A program made the translations under genes and the position numbers. 64,000 bases of DNA from positions 2,057,345 through 2,121,344 of the forward strand of contig MU004237.1 of assembly GCA_010405405.1 (NCBI GenBank), written 5' to 3'. Below the pieces are notes generated by a model. It did no database searches. It saw nothing but the letters and a program-made list of their open reading frames with translations, and was not told the origin of the DNA. Origin of the DNA: Microthyrium microscopicum. Its lineage: Eukaryota. Below are positions 1-12,428 of the stretch, piece by piece. Numbering within the stretch: the stretch's first letter is position 1; each line of letters starts with the position of its first letter.

Positions 1-326
1 ATGTGGCAACAACAAGGAGACAACACTCAGAGTGCCATTTAGTATTGGATATTAAGGCTGAGTTTAACACGACTTTAGAAAAACTCTTAGAAAGACTCTT
101 GAGCCTACCCATTTCGGCTCAGTCACGAATATCATGGAACTTTGCACTTCGTACTCCAAATTCAACGCAACGAAGCCAAGCTTCCATGAATGGACAATGA
201 CTAAAGATATGGTCGTGAGCTTATAATTTTGGTCTTTGCGTCAAATGAACAATCCCAAGATGTCAGGTAAGAAATTAGATTTACACACTGATACTATGTT
301 CTGAAGTATTTCAAACGGTCATCGAA

Positions 327-3300
327 TTACCAAGCACCCTTGGGTGGGCCGAATGTCTCCCCATCAGCCACCGTTTTCTTGATAGCAATGCCTTGCTGAT
401 CCTACCAACGAGTTAGTATGTGCAAGTAATAGAGTCTTATTATGACCTACCAGTGTCGACGATACAACTCTATTACCCCACCAATCAGGCGGAGTCTTCT
501 GTGTGAGCTGTAAGGTAAGGAAGATGAGGATTGTACAAAGCGCCAACCCGGCGTCAAGTGCAGCTGACAGGAGGTAGTTGTATTGTAGCCACCATCCGCG
601 GAAGCGGTCGCGAATGAGCTTAGAGAAGATGAAGCCGACCATGATCCACATGAGGAAATTCATTGGCACGGCTCTGTGAATATGATTAGTGGAAATAACG
701 TGAAATATTAGGAGAATTTGAGCTTACGGTGGGATTTGCTGGATACCACCAAAGATGATGGGCCCATGAAGATACTTTGTGGGACTTCTGGGCCACTTGC
801 GAGCAACCACGTAGAGTATTACAGGAAGTGCGGCTCCGAATAGCCAGAACCACTGTAGAAATCCGTAGATACTTCCAGCGCCGAAGATCTAAAAGAAGTC
901 AATTTTCAGGTTGAGGGCATTTAGGTCTTCAAAACTTACCCTCTTGGGTCCAATAACTCCCCAGACGATGCTGTTTTGGAAGAACACTCTTCCATTTGGA
1001 CAAGAGTATTTATCAACTTGATCTTCTGAACAGATGTCTTTGATATTACCGAAGGCCCACATGAACTTGGTTGTTGTTAGTTTAAACACTGATTGGAATA
1101 AAGGGTAGACTTACGACTCCGACTTGAACAATACACGACCAAACAGCTGCAGTCAATTGACTAACGAAAAGAGTGCGTGGTGCAACTTTCATGTAAAAAC
1201 CCATTTTCAAGGATTCACTGAAACTTATAGCTTGAGCGAGAGTATTATATGCTGAGAAAGATTAGCTGTCTGCTTCCTTGCTGGAAGAGAAAAAACTTAC
1301 ACAGACTTCTGAAAACCAGCATGCCTATCGGTCGTCCTGGGCGAGCATAAGAAATTATTACATCGCACACCACATTAAGACCAATCCACATATTCTAAAA
1401 TCCAGTAGTCAGTAATCGATTGATCATCGAGATTGGAGTGTAACTTACGTAGATGGCAACAATGAGTCCAACGGGAATCTACAAAGACAAGTTAGGATCC
1501 ATGAAGACTAGAGTACCGAGTAACAAACCAAAAAGAAACCAGCGATAGCGAGAGCAAGGACGTATCCCCACCAGGGAAGTTGTGTGTCCCATTTCAGGAC
1601 GCAAACAAATCCAATGACGATCATAATGACATTAAGTACCAAATACCACCACGTTGGAACGGGAGTGTACACTTCGTAAAGCTTGCCGTGTACATCCTTG
1701 GGTTCTGCTTTTGGATTCGAGAGGCGCTTCCATAGATCTTTTCCGTGATAAAGAGCAGTATGTACAACCAAAGCTATGGTAGCTGCAAAACTCAAACCGT
1801 ACTGTAGAGCAAAAGTGGTAGATAGAAAAATTGGCGAGTACTCTTTGTACTTGTCGACATTCAAAGTAAAGTCGTCATTCAGGATCCTAGAAACATTGTA
1901 TGATTGACCGGTGTTGTCATAGCTGTTGGAGTCGGACATTGGTAGGTAATCAGAATACCAAGTGCCAGAGAAGTGAACGGCAGAAGTTATGATCCAGACG
2001 AAAATTACCAAACCAATGACTAACGGATTGATAAGTCTTCTGACGTGTGATAGGTTTTCGGATTGAAGACAACTTACGAGTATTCGCCAAACTATGCCAT
2101 GGCACAGTAAGAGGACTGACCACATATGAAGCCACCATAGTCCAGTCAAGGGTGAAAACTACTCGTATTAGTTACCCTGAAAATTATATTGTTTCATCAG
2201 GACTGACCTGTAAATGGAGGGAACAAAGATATTCCACTGAAGCCACCAAAGAGCTGGTTCACAATCACACTATTCGGTTTAATCCTAGAAAGTCAGCAAG
2301 TGTATGTCAGTTCGCTGCAAAAACCTACCAAGTGACCCAAGCAAAAACGCTTAGTCCTTGCCAAAGCCAGCCAGGGAACCAATACCAAAGAAATGCGCCA
2401 GTCAAGACGTAGAAGTAGAATCTAAATCGAGAAATGGACCATCCATTGGTTTTGGTTGGATCGCTTGCTTGCTTTTCATCGTGAAGAGTATTGAACAGTG
2501 CGCAATTGGGAAGTACCGAAGGATACATGACGGAAGGTGGATCAACCAAGAATCGACGAAAAGCGCCGGCCATGGCAATACCAGTGACTTGTGTTGCTAG
2601 GGTAAGTAAAATTGAGAAGCCAGTTCCATAGTTGACGTTATAAAATCCGCGCATCGCTTCCAGAGCAAAGGTTGAGTAAGCTGCGCCACCAGCGAAAGAT
2701 ACGTTGGCCATAACTTTGAGCATATTAGCTCACAGTGCTTTTCAATAATATGGGAATCAACATACCGACGATTATAACATGTTCTTTTTTGTTGAATGGA
2801 CCTGGATTCAGGTTGAATTTTAGACCAAATAGGTTGAACTGGCGGTTGGGAAAGATTTTGGCCATAAACACGCCAACTGGATAGGATGAAATTTGAGCGA
2901 CAAGGTTTCCGATTGCAATTGTCGGCTGTCGAAGGGAGAACAACATGTTCATGCCACTGCCCAGTGTTACAAATGCCATGCCGATGAGCCATGCTCGTAG
3001 TGTGTTTGCAGGCACCGAAGGATCGTCCCAATTTTGAACAGCTGCGCATACTTCTGGGTATCTATTCCAAAAGTTAGCTTACATTGACATTGAAATTCAG
3101 TGTTTTCGTCGCCAGCATACACTGAATTCTCTTCCAGAAGTTCCCGTTCCAGAGCAGCCTCCGTCTCAACATCATGTGCTTTGACAGCATCTGCAATTGC
3201 GTCCAGCTTCCCAGTGTCGAGATTTGGATCCCATGAATGCATTTCTGCAAAGGAGTTTAAATCATGCTCCACTTCCGCTTCATGCGCGCGATCCGCGGCT

Positions 3301-3392
3301 GCTAAATCCGCGCTTGTACTGACACCCGTCTCTGTCATCTCTGGCACTCCATGGGAGTCGTCCGCCTTTTGGCGTCGAAATCGTTTGAACAT
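327..3392 (-). CDS. Oligopeptide transporter, OPT family (multi-exon)
   Basis: Spliced ORF pieces give OPT motifs: MPANTLRAWLIG, NPGPFNKKEHVII, FYFYVLTGAFLWYWFPG, YKEYSPIFLSTTFALQYGLSFA, YSCPNGRVFF, WWLQYNYLLSAALDAG. ATG at 3392 (MFKRFRRQ); last exon ends GETFGPPKGAW-stop at 327. Confidence 0.93.
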
Positions 3393-4993
3393 GGTTTTTT
3401 TATCGAAGGTCGTTAGTGGTGATCGTAACAATCCAAGGGAATCACCAAGAGGCATTCAAGAGCCTTTTGTGCAGTCATTGCACAACTGCTCTCTCCCCAC
3501 TTTGTATTGCTGCCAAGGACGCACGAGACTGGCGAGATGCGTGAACCCTAGCAGAGTTGCAATCCATCGAGGATAGCCAGCTTCTCTTACGGGCAGGTTG
3601 GGGGTAGAATGTTGGTGATGGGCTAGGGCCAACCTTGTGATGATCACCAAACTTCGCGATAAGATCCCCAGTCGTCCCGGCACCAGGTCCAAAAGACCGT
3701 TTTTCGAATAGCCTATATGAGCGATCTGAAATAATAATAGAAAATGGGCTACTAGACAGGTATACCGGTAGCTGAGACTCGCAGGGAATGCTTTATCTAA
3801 GCGATTCTTTGAGATATCGCTTCGAGGCCGTGACGTCCTATCAAGTTTAATGTCTCCACGTACCGCCAAGATTCTGGTGGCGGCATTGCAACCTCGGAAG
3901 CCGAATTTGATCAAGGAGTAGAAAAGGGTCTTGACGAATAGAAATAGCAGACAGTATTGCTGGTGTGGAGAAATGACTCGTCACACAGGATAGAGCAGTA
4001 GCGCGAAGATGCTGTACCTGTTCTAGACGGCCTTCCAGACGCCCAGGATCAACTGGCCAATAGAGTAGGCATCTTATATTAAACTTGGCTCACAATCAAT
4101 CAGAGAACTTAGTGGGAGGATAAGCTCAAGAAAAAGGTTTCTTGTTCATTTATTTCACGAGTTTTAGAGCTCTGAGCTATGGATCTACCGATCTCAGATC
4201 TGTCTTAACTTAGTAGAGTATGACAACTTGGACACCTGAGCATTGCTGAATGATAGCAACCTCCAATACCGACTCAAGACTTGGTAATGACTGTTGTAGT
4301 ATCTCTTGAACTTGCTTAAAATGCCATATGTTATTCCTAACGCTTCATCGAGAGAGACCTAGTAAAATTCGTTGGTTTCATTCTTTTGAATAACATGAAC
4401 CTGTGAAATAAAATCGAGGTTTCTCCTTTTACTATCTTCCTACATTTATTTTGCGACTTGCCCAGATACAAACATATTTCTTCCAAGTCCAAATTCTCCC
4501 CAGGGTTTTGGTACTCAATATCATGAAGTCGGCAAAAGTTGAAACCCTTCCCGCAACTGCCGTCTGATCATAATCATGGATATTCATGATCATACAAGCG
4601 ATTACTTATACATATTTAGCAGCTTACAAGCAAATTATAGAAATGACTACGATTCTTCCACAAAAAGCAAGCCCAAAAGCGCCACAGTGGGTCCTAAACG
4701 GCTAAGTCGCGGATAGAGGCGCTCTAAAACGAAGCTTAATTCAACGTTCCTCACCACCAAAAGCTCTTGCCCCTCTAAGCCACCAAGTCTTCGTCACCCA
4801 AAGACGACTCCATATCCCGCTTATATCTTATTGATATCCTTGATCTCCAGAACTCAGTTGGGCCATCTGTATTTCCAAACACTATATCTATCTACACTCC
4901 GTATGCTTACGCACATCCTCTGAACTCCACCAAGACCTCCCACCCTCGGCAGAAGCGCCCTATCACAACTCCATCAAGCCATCAACTATCAAA

Positions 4994-5366
4994 ATGGGCT
5001 GCTGTTCCAGCAAACCATCCACCCTAGACGACACAGAGCCAGTAAGGTCCCCCTCCTACCATAAGTACCCCAAAACTGACCCATCAACGCTGCAGTCGCG
5101 CCCACGCATAATAGGCGACACGCGCGCACTAGGCGAAGGCTCAGATAATCCCGACGATCCACGCAGCGCAGCCGCAAAGGCCGCAGAAGTATGTGATAAG
5201 GATTAATCTGATTATGTTGTAGAGTGTGACTAATGTATGCATGTAGGCGAGAGCAAAGGGTGCAAAAAAAGGGATAACGGACCGCAAAGCACTGGAGCAG
5301 CTTAGCAAGCAAAATCGAGACCAGAGGGCGGCGGATAACCAGGCGCAGATACAGCGGTGGGATTAG
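4994..5366 (+). CDS. Small acylated protein with VCP/p97-interacting motif (SVIP-like), 2 exons
   Basis: N-terminus MGCCSSK (myristoylation/palmitoylation-type). Removing the intron (GTATGT ~5190 to TAG 5246) gives RSAAAKAAEAR = R-x5-AA-x2-R (VIM). Ends QIQRWD-stop at 5366. Confidence 0.7.
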
Positions 5367-5550
5367 CAGGATGGGAGGGATGGATGCGTGTATTGAGTTA
5401 TGAATTGACGTATTTAGTGAGCAAAGCATCTTATAAAGTCTACATGTCGAGGGGAAATATGTCAGCGCGAGTTGCTCATAGGCGATGCGACTAATCAATG
5501 TCAAAAGAATATATTATCAAATAATTGGACTGTCAACCAGCTGTATTTTT

Positions 5551-8500
5551 CTACACAACACTATACCGCCCACTCGCGGGCGCTCTCGCATCTACATCGG
5601 CGGCAGCAATAGTGCCCTCCTTTAGAAGACGCATCAGTTCGCGCATAGCGTTCGTAACGACATTCTCTGTATCACCCTCCACCAAGATATACAGCTTAGG
5701 CGCATCGTCAGGCCCAAGCTTAGCAGCCGCCTGTGCCGGATAAAAGTTACCCTTTGTCGTGATCGAGGTGCCCGTCGCTTCCAGAATCTTGGCCACATTG
5801 GTTCGGTTGGTGACAGCCCATCTAGCCTTTTGTGGGAAGTCGTTGATCTCAAGTGTGGCATGGAACGCGCCCGCATCAGGACCTTTGTTGTCGATGGGGT
5901 GGCCTGGGTTGAGCTGATTGCGCTTGGTGAGACGGTCGGCGATGGTGGCGACTGCAGCGCGTACTTTGTCGATGGAGTTGCCAGGGCCGCTACTGCCGCT
6001 GGCCGCAGGGATTTCAGTTTTGTGAACGACAATGTCTTTTTCGTCGAGGCCTTGCGGAAAGGCGGGCACGGCAGCGGCGGATGTGACAGTGGAGGCGGCT
6101 TTGGTGATGATGTCGTCGTCGTTGTCTTCTTCTTTTTCTTCTTCCGGCTCGTCGCCAGTGGCATGGGTCTTGCGCTCACGCAGTCGAGTGGCATCGCGCT
6201 CCTGAATTTTGTTAGCACATGTCGTCATTTGGTTCTTTGTTGACCAAAGAAGCCTGGGTGGCTGTTATCCTGCTAAAATGTCATGCAATGGCGTTGAGCC
6301 ACAACAACATTTTAGCAAAATATCAAACCGGATCAGACATCGTTAGCAGTTCCATCAGGGAAGGTTTTACCTCATCAAGTCGTTCAAGACCATGACCACC
6401 GAAGCCGTACACCTGTTTTGCTTGCCCAGATTTGACCTTCTCCGCAAAGCCTTTTGCAAGTGCTTCCAAAGCCTCTGGTACCTCTGTGCCAGATTGCTTG
6501 AGTGCTTTCCGAATGTCTATGGCATATTTCTCTTGTTCCTCAGTGATAAATGTTACTGCAGTTCCCTTATTACCAGCACGACCAGTACGGCCGGCACGAT
6601 GGACGTAGTCTTCCAAATGATTGGGCGAGTCGTAATTCACAACCAACTTGAGTTGCTTCACGTCTAGACCACGAGCTGCGACAGAGGTTGCAATCATGAT
6701 TGGAATAACACCCGCCTTGAAGTCGTCAATCGTTGAGTCTCGATCAATTTGGTCTTTACCGCCGTGAATGGAGTTACAAGGATAGCCCTTGCGCATCAGT
6801 TCCCGGAGTAGACCATCAGCCGCCTCTTGTCGATCGACGAAAATCAGAGTGCGAGCGTCTTCGTCTTGATCGTAAAGCTCGCCGAGAAGCTCAAGTAGAC
6901 GCAAGAATTTGGAGTTTTCGGTGCGGACCTCGACGATTTGAGTGATCTCAGAAGCTACAACACTTCGGCCTCCAACAATGATCTCCACCGCGTTGTTCAG
7001 CGTTTTGCGTGCTAATGATTCCATGTTGCGAGGGAACGTGGCAGAGAACAGAACTGTCTGTCTATCGGGGCGTGTGTTTCCAAGGATCTTCATCACTTGA
7101 GGCTCAAATCCCATGTCAAACATACGGTCCGCTTCGTCAAGAACCATATATGTCACTCGACGAAGATTCGTCACTCGTCCAGCATTTGCGCTGAGAAGCT
7201 CGATTAGACGACCAGGAGTGCAAACCACGATTTCTGCTCCACGTTTGAGGTCGGCAATTTGATCTTTGATTGGCGCACCACCATAGGCGCACACAGCACG
7301 GAGATTTAGAGCCTTCAAGAATGGCTTGCACTCTTTGTGTATCTGAGTTGCCAATTCTCGAGTTGGTGCAAGGACAAGACCAACAGGGCCATCCATGCCT
7401 TCAATAGGACGCTGATCTTTAATGTGTCGGAACATAGGCAGAAGAAATGCGATGGTCTTTCCAGAACCAGTCTTCGCAACACCGATTACATCTCGTCCAG
7501 ACATGATGGCCGGGATAGCCTGGCACTGAATGGCAGTAGGCTTGTCGTACCCGAGAGATCGAATGACATCCATTGTTTGTACACCAGTGCCACATTGCGC
7601 CCATGAGGTGACAGGTTTTGGGGCGTTGAGGCCTCGAACTTTGATTCCGTCCATTTCGAATCGCATATTGGCAACATCCTCTTCGGTCATTTCTTGCATG
7701 TCGATGGGTTCGCTGTAGAAACTCTTTCGGAAAGGCTCGTAAGTGTATTTAGAATGATCAATGGGTGGGATATCGCGCTTCTTCTTTTTACTAGCCATTT
7801 TGAGGATCTCATCAGGAGTAGCATCAGCAGTGCCGGCGGTGTCTTCTGGGCCATCGTAATCGTCGTCGCCGAACATAGCTTCTGGTTCTTGCTTGCTTTT
7901 GAGAGACTTACGGACAAATGTCTTGGGTGCTTCGGAAAGGTCAGCCATGAAGGCATCCAGAGGATCAACCTCCTCTTCCTCTTCCTCTTCCTCTTCTTCT
8001 TCAACCCCATTGGTTTCTGCAGTAGCATCGTTCATCGGAACATCAGCAGGCGCAGCTTCTGCTTCTGCCTCTTCTTGCTCCTTTTGTCTTCGCTCGGCGG
8101 CGGCACTATAAGCATTAGCGTAAGTAAAAGTAGATATAGGGCTTGGCCCGGCCAGATTTCCAGGGGATAGATGTTCGCTCGACAGTGCCATAAGATGCTG
8201 TAGCTCCCATAGAGTGCTATGGCGGCCGCTCTGTGTTTTGGCATCTGCAGAGTGCTGTGGCAAAATCGAACAAACTCCAATAGCAGGTTTCAAGCAGTCG
8301 TGTTCTAAGCATGGGAGAGATACATACCGAGCTGCGGCCAATGCCTCTTCTTCACTCCCAGCCTCATCTATGCCATCACCGTCTTCTTCGTCTTCTTCTT
8401 CGTCAGCGTTAGCCATGACAGTGTCCTCTTCATTGTGCTCTAGCTGGGGAATTGGTAGCTTTGCTAATTTTTTGCGAGTCCCCTCTTCTTCGCCAAAGTC

Positions 8501-9436
8501 CAACGCTCGTTTCTTTTCTGTTCCCGACTTTGTGCCTATTCCCAAGCCAAATCCGCCGAGGTTGCCAGTAGCTTTTAAGGGACGGGCTTTTGGTAGGGAT
8601 GTATTTTTGGGGGCGTTGGCCTTCTCATTGACGACTACGACTGGAACTGGAACATCAGTGCTTAAAGCACCCAAAGCTGCTGTACTGCTCTGACTGGCAT
8701 GGTTACTCGTAGCCTTCTTCATGATGGCTTTGGGGTCAAACTTTCCTGCGTACGCTGCCGGAGAGTTGTTACCACTTCCGGTAGCAGGAGAACCGGGCGA
8801 AGCTGTAGCAGACGGGGAATTGGCCTTCTTGTCCATTTCCAGGAGAATGTTCGCACCACCAGATGCCGCAGCTTCTTTTAACTTGGCTTCTTGTTCGGCC
8901 GCTTGCTTTTTCTTCCATGCGTCGAGTCTCGCAAGTCTCTCCGCTTTTTTCTTTTCGGCCTCGGCAAGTTTGGCTGCTTCCGCATCTTCAGCTCGAGAGG
9001 AAGTGGCACGATCTCGACTGCCATCTCGTTTCGATCTTCGTTTTGAGTCAGTAGATTCATCACGTCTACGACGATCGCCATCTTTCCGGTCCCGAAAGTC
9101 TTTACTACTTCTTTGACCTCCACGCGGAGATCGAGAACGCCGGCGATCACGGTCACGCGACCGATCTCGTCTCGCTGAACGGTATTCATCTCGGCGGTCG
9201 TCGCGTCGGTCTATGTCATTTCTTCGGTGGGAATCGCGTGGATCACGACGGCGACGCTGCGCGGGGATTGTGTTAGCATGGCTGAGTTGAAAATGACGTG
9301 TAAAACGAACCTCGGTGCTGCGCGACCGGGCGCGATAGGAGCGGGTTTCATCTCGCCGCGAATTTCGATCATCGTCTCTACGTGGACGTCGTGTGCTGCC
9401 TGTTGGGCTTGGTGAGCGGGTATCACGCCGGGCCAT
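5551..9436 (-). CDS. PRP5: Pre-mRNA-processing DEAD-box RNA helicase Prp5/DDX46
   Basis: RS/RD-rich N-terminus, DPLDAFM motif, [32 protein letters not shown]-terminal KH-like region ([12 protein letters not shown]). Introns at 9257-9310, 8106-8327 and 6202-6370. Confidence 0.96.
6217..6322 (-). ncRNA. Candidate intronic H/ACA-type snoRNA or conserved RNA structure in PRP5 intron 3
   Basis: Perfect 11-bp stem (6271-6281 with 6307-6317), then ATAACA (H-box consensus ANANNA; 6263-6268), a second 7-bp stem (6233-6239 with 6245-6251), then ACA plus 3 nt before the branch point. Confidence 0.45.
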
Positions 9437-11041
9437 TGCTCGATAGGCCAGAGGGCTAATTACAAGTGCTATCTGGGTTGGGGTGATTAGTGCAGTATCC
9501 AAGGGTTGCTGATCTGGTTGTATTGGTGGCTGGTATATAGAGAAGTGTTCTTGAACATGTGAGGTAGAAGTGCGAGGGTGAAGCAAGTTGATAGATTTGA
9601 TGGTGGTGAGGTTGATGAGTTTATTGCAATGAAGTTAACACTGCGGGAAAGCGCTTGTGCGCTAGCATCAGGCAGTGGACATCACGTGGCGCGCGGCTAA
9701 TTCTCGAATCTCAAGTTCGGAAAGACCAAGACAGGACACATGTAGAAGTTCACAGAGATTGTATTTTGCTACTAGTAGTAGTTTATTCGATTTACTTCAT
9801 TTTGTCTCGTCTTTCTTGAAAACTTTGGAGCTAAAAGATATATGGACCATCGGGAAGGGTAATTTTTGTCGATGTACTTTTGATGTGTATTTTGCTCACC
9901 CTCAATGCTTCGGTCCTGATAGTTTGAATGGGCCAACAAAAATTGGCACAGAATTCAATATATACCGATTTAATACCTCGTAAAGAAAGCTGTAGAGGTC
10001 ATATATTCCATTAACACCATAACACACATGTGTAGTCCCTAATTCTGCAAAAATTACTTTTCGCTTCAAAAATCGTTTATGATGTCACTAGCGCATAATG
10101 CTTTGTAAAGATATACTCATCAGTTTTGCAACGTTTATGGATGGGTATATAGGTGAGCTCAGGTGTTACGCCAAAGTGGCTCAAAATTACGGTCTTAGCC
10201 CCCTTAACACTAAGTCCAAAGAGTTCTTTACATCTCCGTGTCAGCAACTATTCTCAACCGTCGATACCTCTCTCTCTAGGTCTCTCCCTCTCTTTATGGT
10301 AACTCTTACGCTCGCAAGCTCGCTCCGAAGGGATTTTATATCTATCCTGGGCTTAGAGAGCTTATCTTTAGGAACGCTCAGTCCCCCTCCCTTCGGGGTT
10401 TGGGGCTCAGTCAACTCGCCCACAAACACGGGGTCCTGATCTCTCGTTGCTTAACGAAGTACGCCGCTGCGACAGCTTCTTAGTAGTTATTGAAGTTCAA
10501 AACGAGCACGTAAATGGTTTGTTAAACGTTTTCATGGCGTTGTCAGGCGTAATCTAAACTAAGGGGTGAATGTAGTGTGGCGGAACACCTGATCCCACTG
10601 AATCCCTCTTTATGGATCCATGTTCCTTGCACAACCCTCGGTCGAGTGTTATTTCCGTGCATCTTACATTGGGGGAAGGTCATTGGCTTTGAGATTCCTA
10701 ATCTTTCAACACCATGAATTGAAATCTGTATCATATCTCAATTGACTTTTCAATAAAACACAAGGTTGATATCTTGTGATTACTCAGGTCAGTTACGATG
10801 CTGACTTAACTTTATGATGTAGACACCAAGGAATACACTCTTGATGATGCATCTTATGTCCAACCATGCTATCAAGTAGTCTTATAAGTAGGTAGGTGGA
10901 CTGCATGTTAAGTTTCAGTATCAAAATATCAAGAACATACAAACATCTATCAATCATACTCATCTGTGTCAATCACAACTATAAAAACAGCAACAGCCTC
11001 ACCACAACTCCACCTTCAACTCCAACCAAACACAGCACACA

Positions 11042-12025
11042 ATGGCCGAAACAATGCAAGCAATCGTAATTCCCCGCTTCGGCGGTCCCTCCGTCCTCGA
11101 GACACAAACAGTCCCCAAGCCCGTGCCCATTCCAACTGAAGTCCTCATCCACGTCCGCGCCTTCGGCGTCAACCACGCCGAAATGCATATGCGCAAAGGC
11201 GAGTGGGACGAATGGAACCCAATTACCGGCCTCGAATGTGTCGGCACCATCGCCGCTGACCCATCCGGTACCTTTGCTCCTGGCGCCAAAGTCACCGGCA
11301 TCATGGGCGGCATGGGTCGCAGCCGGCCTGGGTCATATGGCGAATATGTCACGGTACCGCTAGCGAATGTCGTTTCGATACAGACGGAATTGCCATGGGA
11401 GCAGCTCGCCGCGTTACCGGAAGTGTACTTTACGGCATGGGCAGCACTGTTCTTGGTGCTGGATGTGAAGGAGGGAGAGAGGGTGTTGATTCGCGGCGCG
11501 ACGTCGACTATTGGACAGGCCGCTGTGCATTTGGCGGTGGATAAGGGCGCTATTGTTACAGCGACGACGAGACGGGAGGGACGGTTTGAGATGCTCAAGG
11601 GGATTGGCGCTGTCGAAGCTGTGAAGGAGCAGGAGAATTTGAAGAGCCACTTTGAGGAGGGGAGACGATTCGATAAGGTCCTAAATCTGATTGGGAATCG
11701 TGTGCTTGTCGAGTCGATTGGGTTGACAAAGGTTGGCGGGCGCATGCTTCAGGCTGGATGGCTTGGTGGTCTGGCTCCCGTGAAGGACTTCAATCCGATG
11801 GTCGAGATGGAAAGTGGCGTACATTTCAGCCTGTTTCACAGCAAAGTGTTAGCAGAGCCAGGCTTTGAGCTCAGCAAAATCCCCTTTCAGGAGATTGTGA
11901 GCAAGATCGAGGCTGGTAAATGGGATGCGAAGCCAGCATACGTTTTTGGCTATGATGAGATCCACAAGGCACATGAGATGTTGGACTCGCATGATGCAGG
12001 TGGAAAGATTGTTGTAAAGCATTGA
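11042..12025 (+). CDS. MDR-family NADPH:quinone oxidoreductase-like protein (intronless)
   Basis: 327 aa; MQAIVIPRFGGPSVL, GLECVG, GSYGEY, VLIRGATSTIGQAA nucleotide-binding motif, GKIVV C-terminus. Confidence 0.9.
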   Translation: MAETMQAIVIPRFGGPSVLETQTVPKPVPIPTEVLIHVRAFGVNHAEMHMRKGEWDEWNPITGLECVGTIAADPSGTFAPGAKVTGIMGGMGRSRPGSYGEYVTVPLANVVSIQTELPWEQLAALPEVYFTAWAALFLVLDVKEGERVLIRGATSTIGQAAVHLAVDKGAIVTATTRREGRFEMLKGIGAVEAVKEQENLKSHFEEGRRFDKVLNLIGNRVLVESIGLTKVGGRMLQAGWLGGLAPVKDFNPMVEMESGVHFSLFHSKVLAEPGFELSKIPFQEIVSKIEAGKWDAKPAYVFGYDEIHKAHEMLDSHDAGGKIVVKH

Positions 12026-12428
12026 TTGAATATGAGATATGTATGCATAAAAAGTAGTTTGCTTGTTAGTCTCTTCGTTGTAATACAGTCGTAATTCAAA
12101 TCTGTTTCCTAATTCAGTTAGTTCAGTGAATAGTCCGCAATGGATATCGTTTGCCAAAAACTGTTCCTTTGAGATTATACTGGATTAGTGACAGTGTACA
12201 AGATGATATACCTTGTGATAACAAGACGAGGTTGACGTTGAAGAAGAGAAAGTTGGAAGAAACACGAGAGAGGTTGATGTCAGCGCGAGACTGAAATCAC
12301 GCTAAGAAGCATGGACCACGCGCTACCCCAGTCGAGCGTTATCGATAACGATTTTTCTGGTCGAACTTTTTTCTTACTTCATTCCAGAATTCCGACTTTT
12401 GGAACTTTTTTCCATAAAGCAAACAAAA

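Noticed and set aside
6323..9586. The 1087-aa ORF as the literal Prp5 protein
   Set aside because: It starts upstream of the likely ATG (9436), reads through two in-frame introns and misses the last exon.
10999..11745. 248-aa antisense ORF, and similar antisense ORFs over PRP5, ERB1, PGK1, SGT2 and the BTB genes
   Set aside because: Shadow frames of well-supported genes, explained by codon bias.
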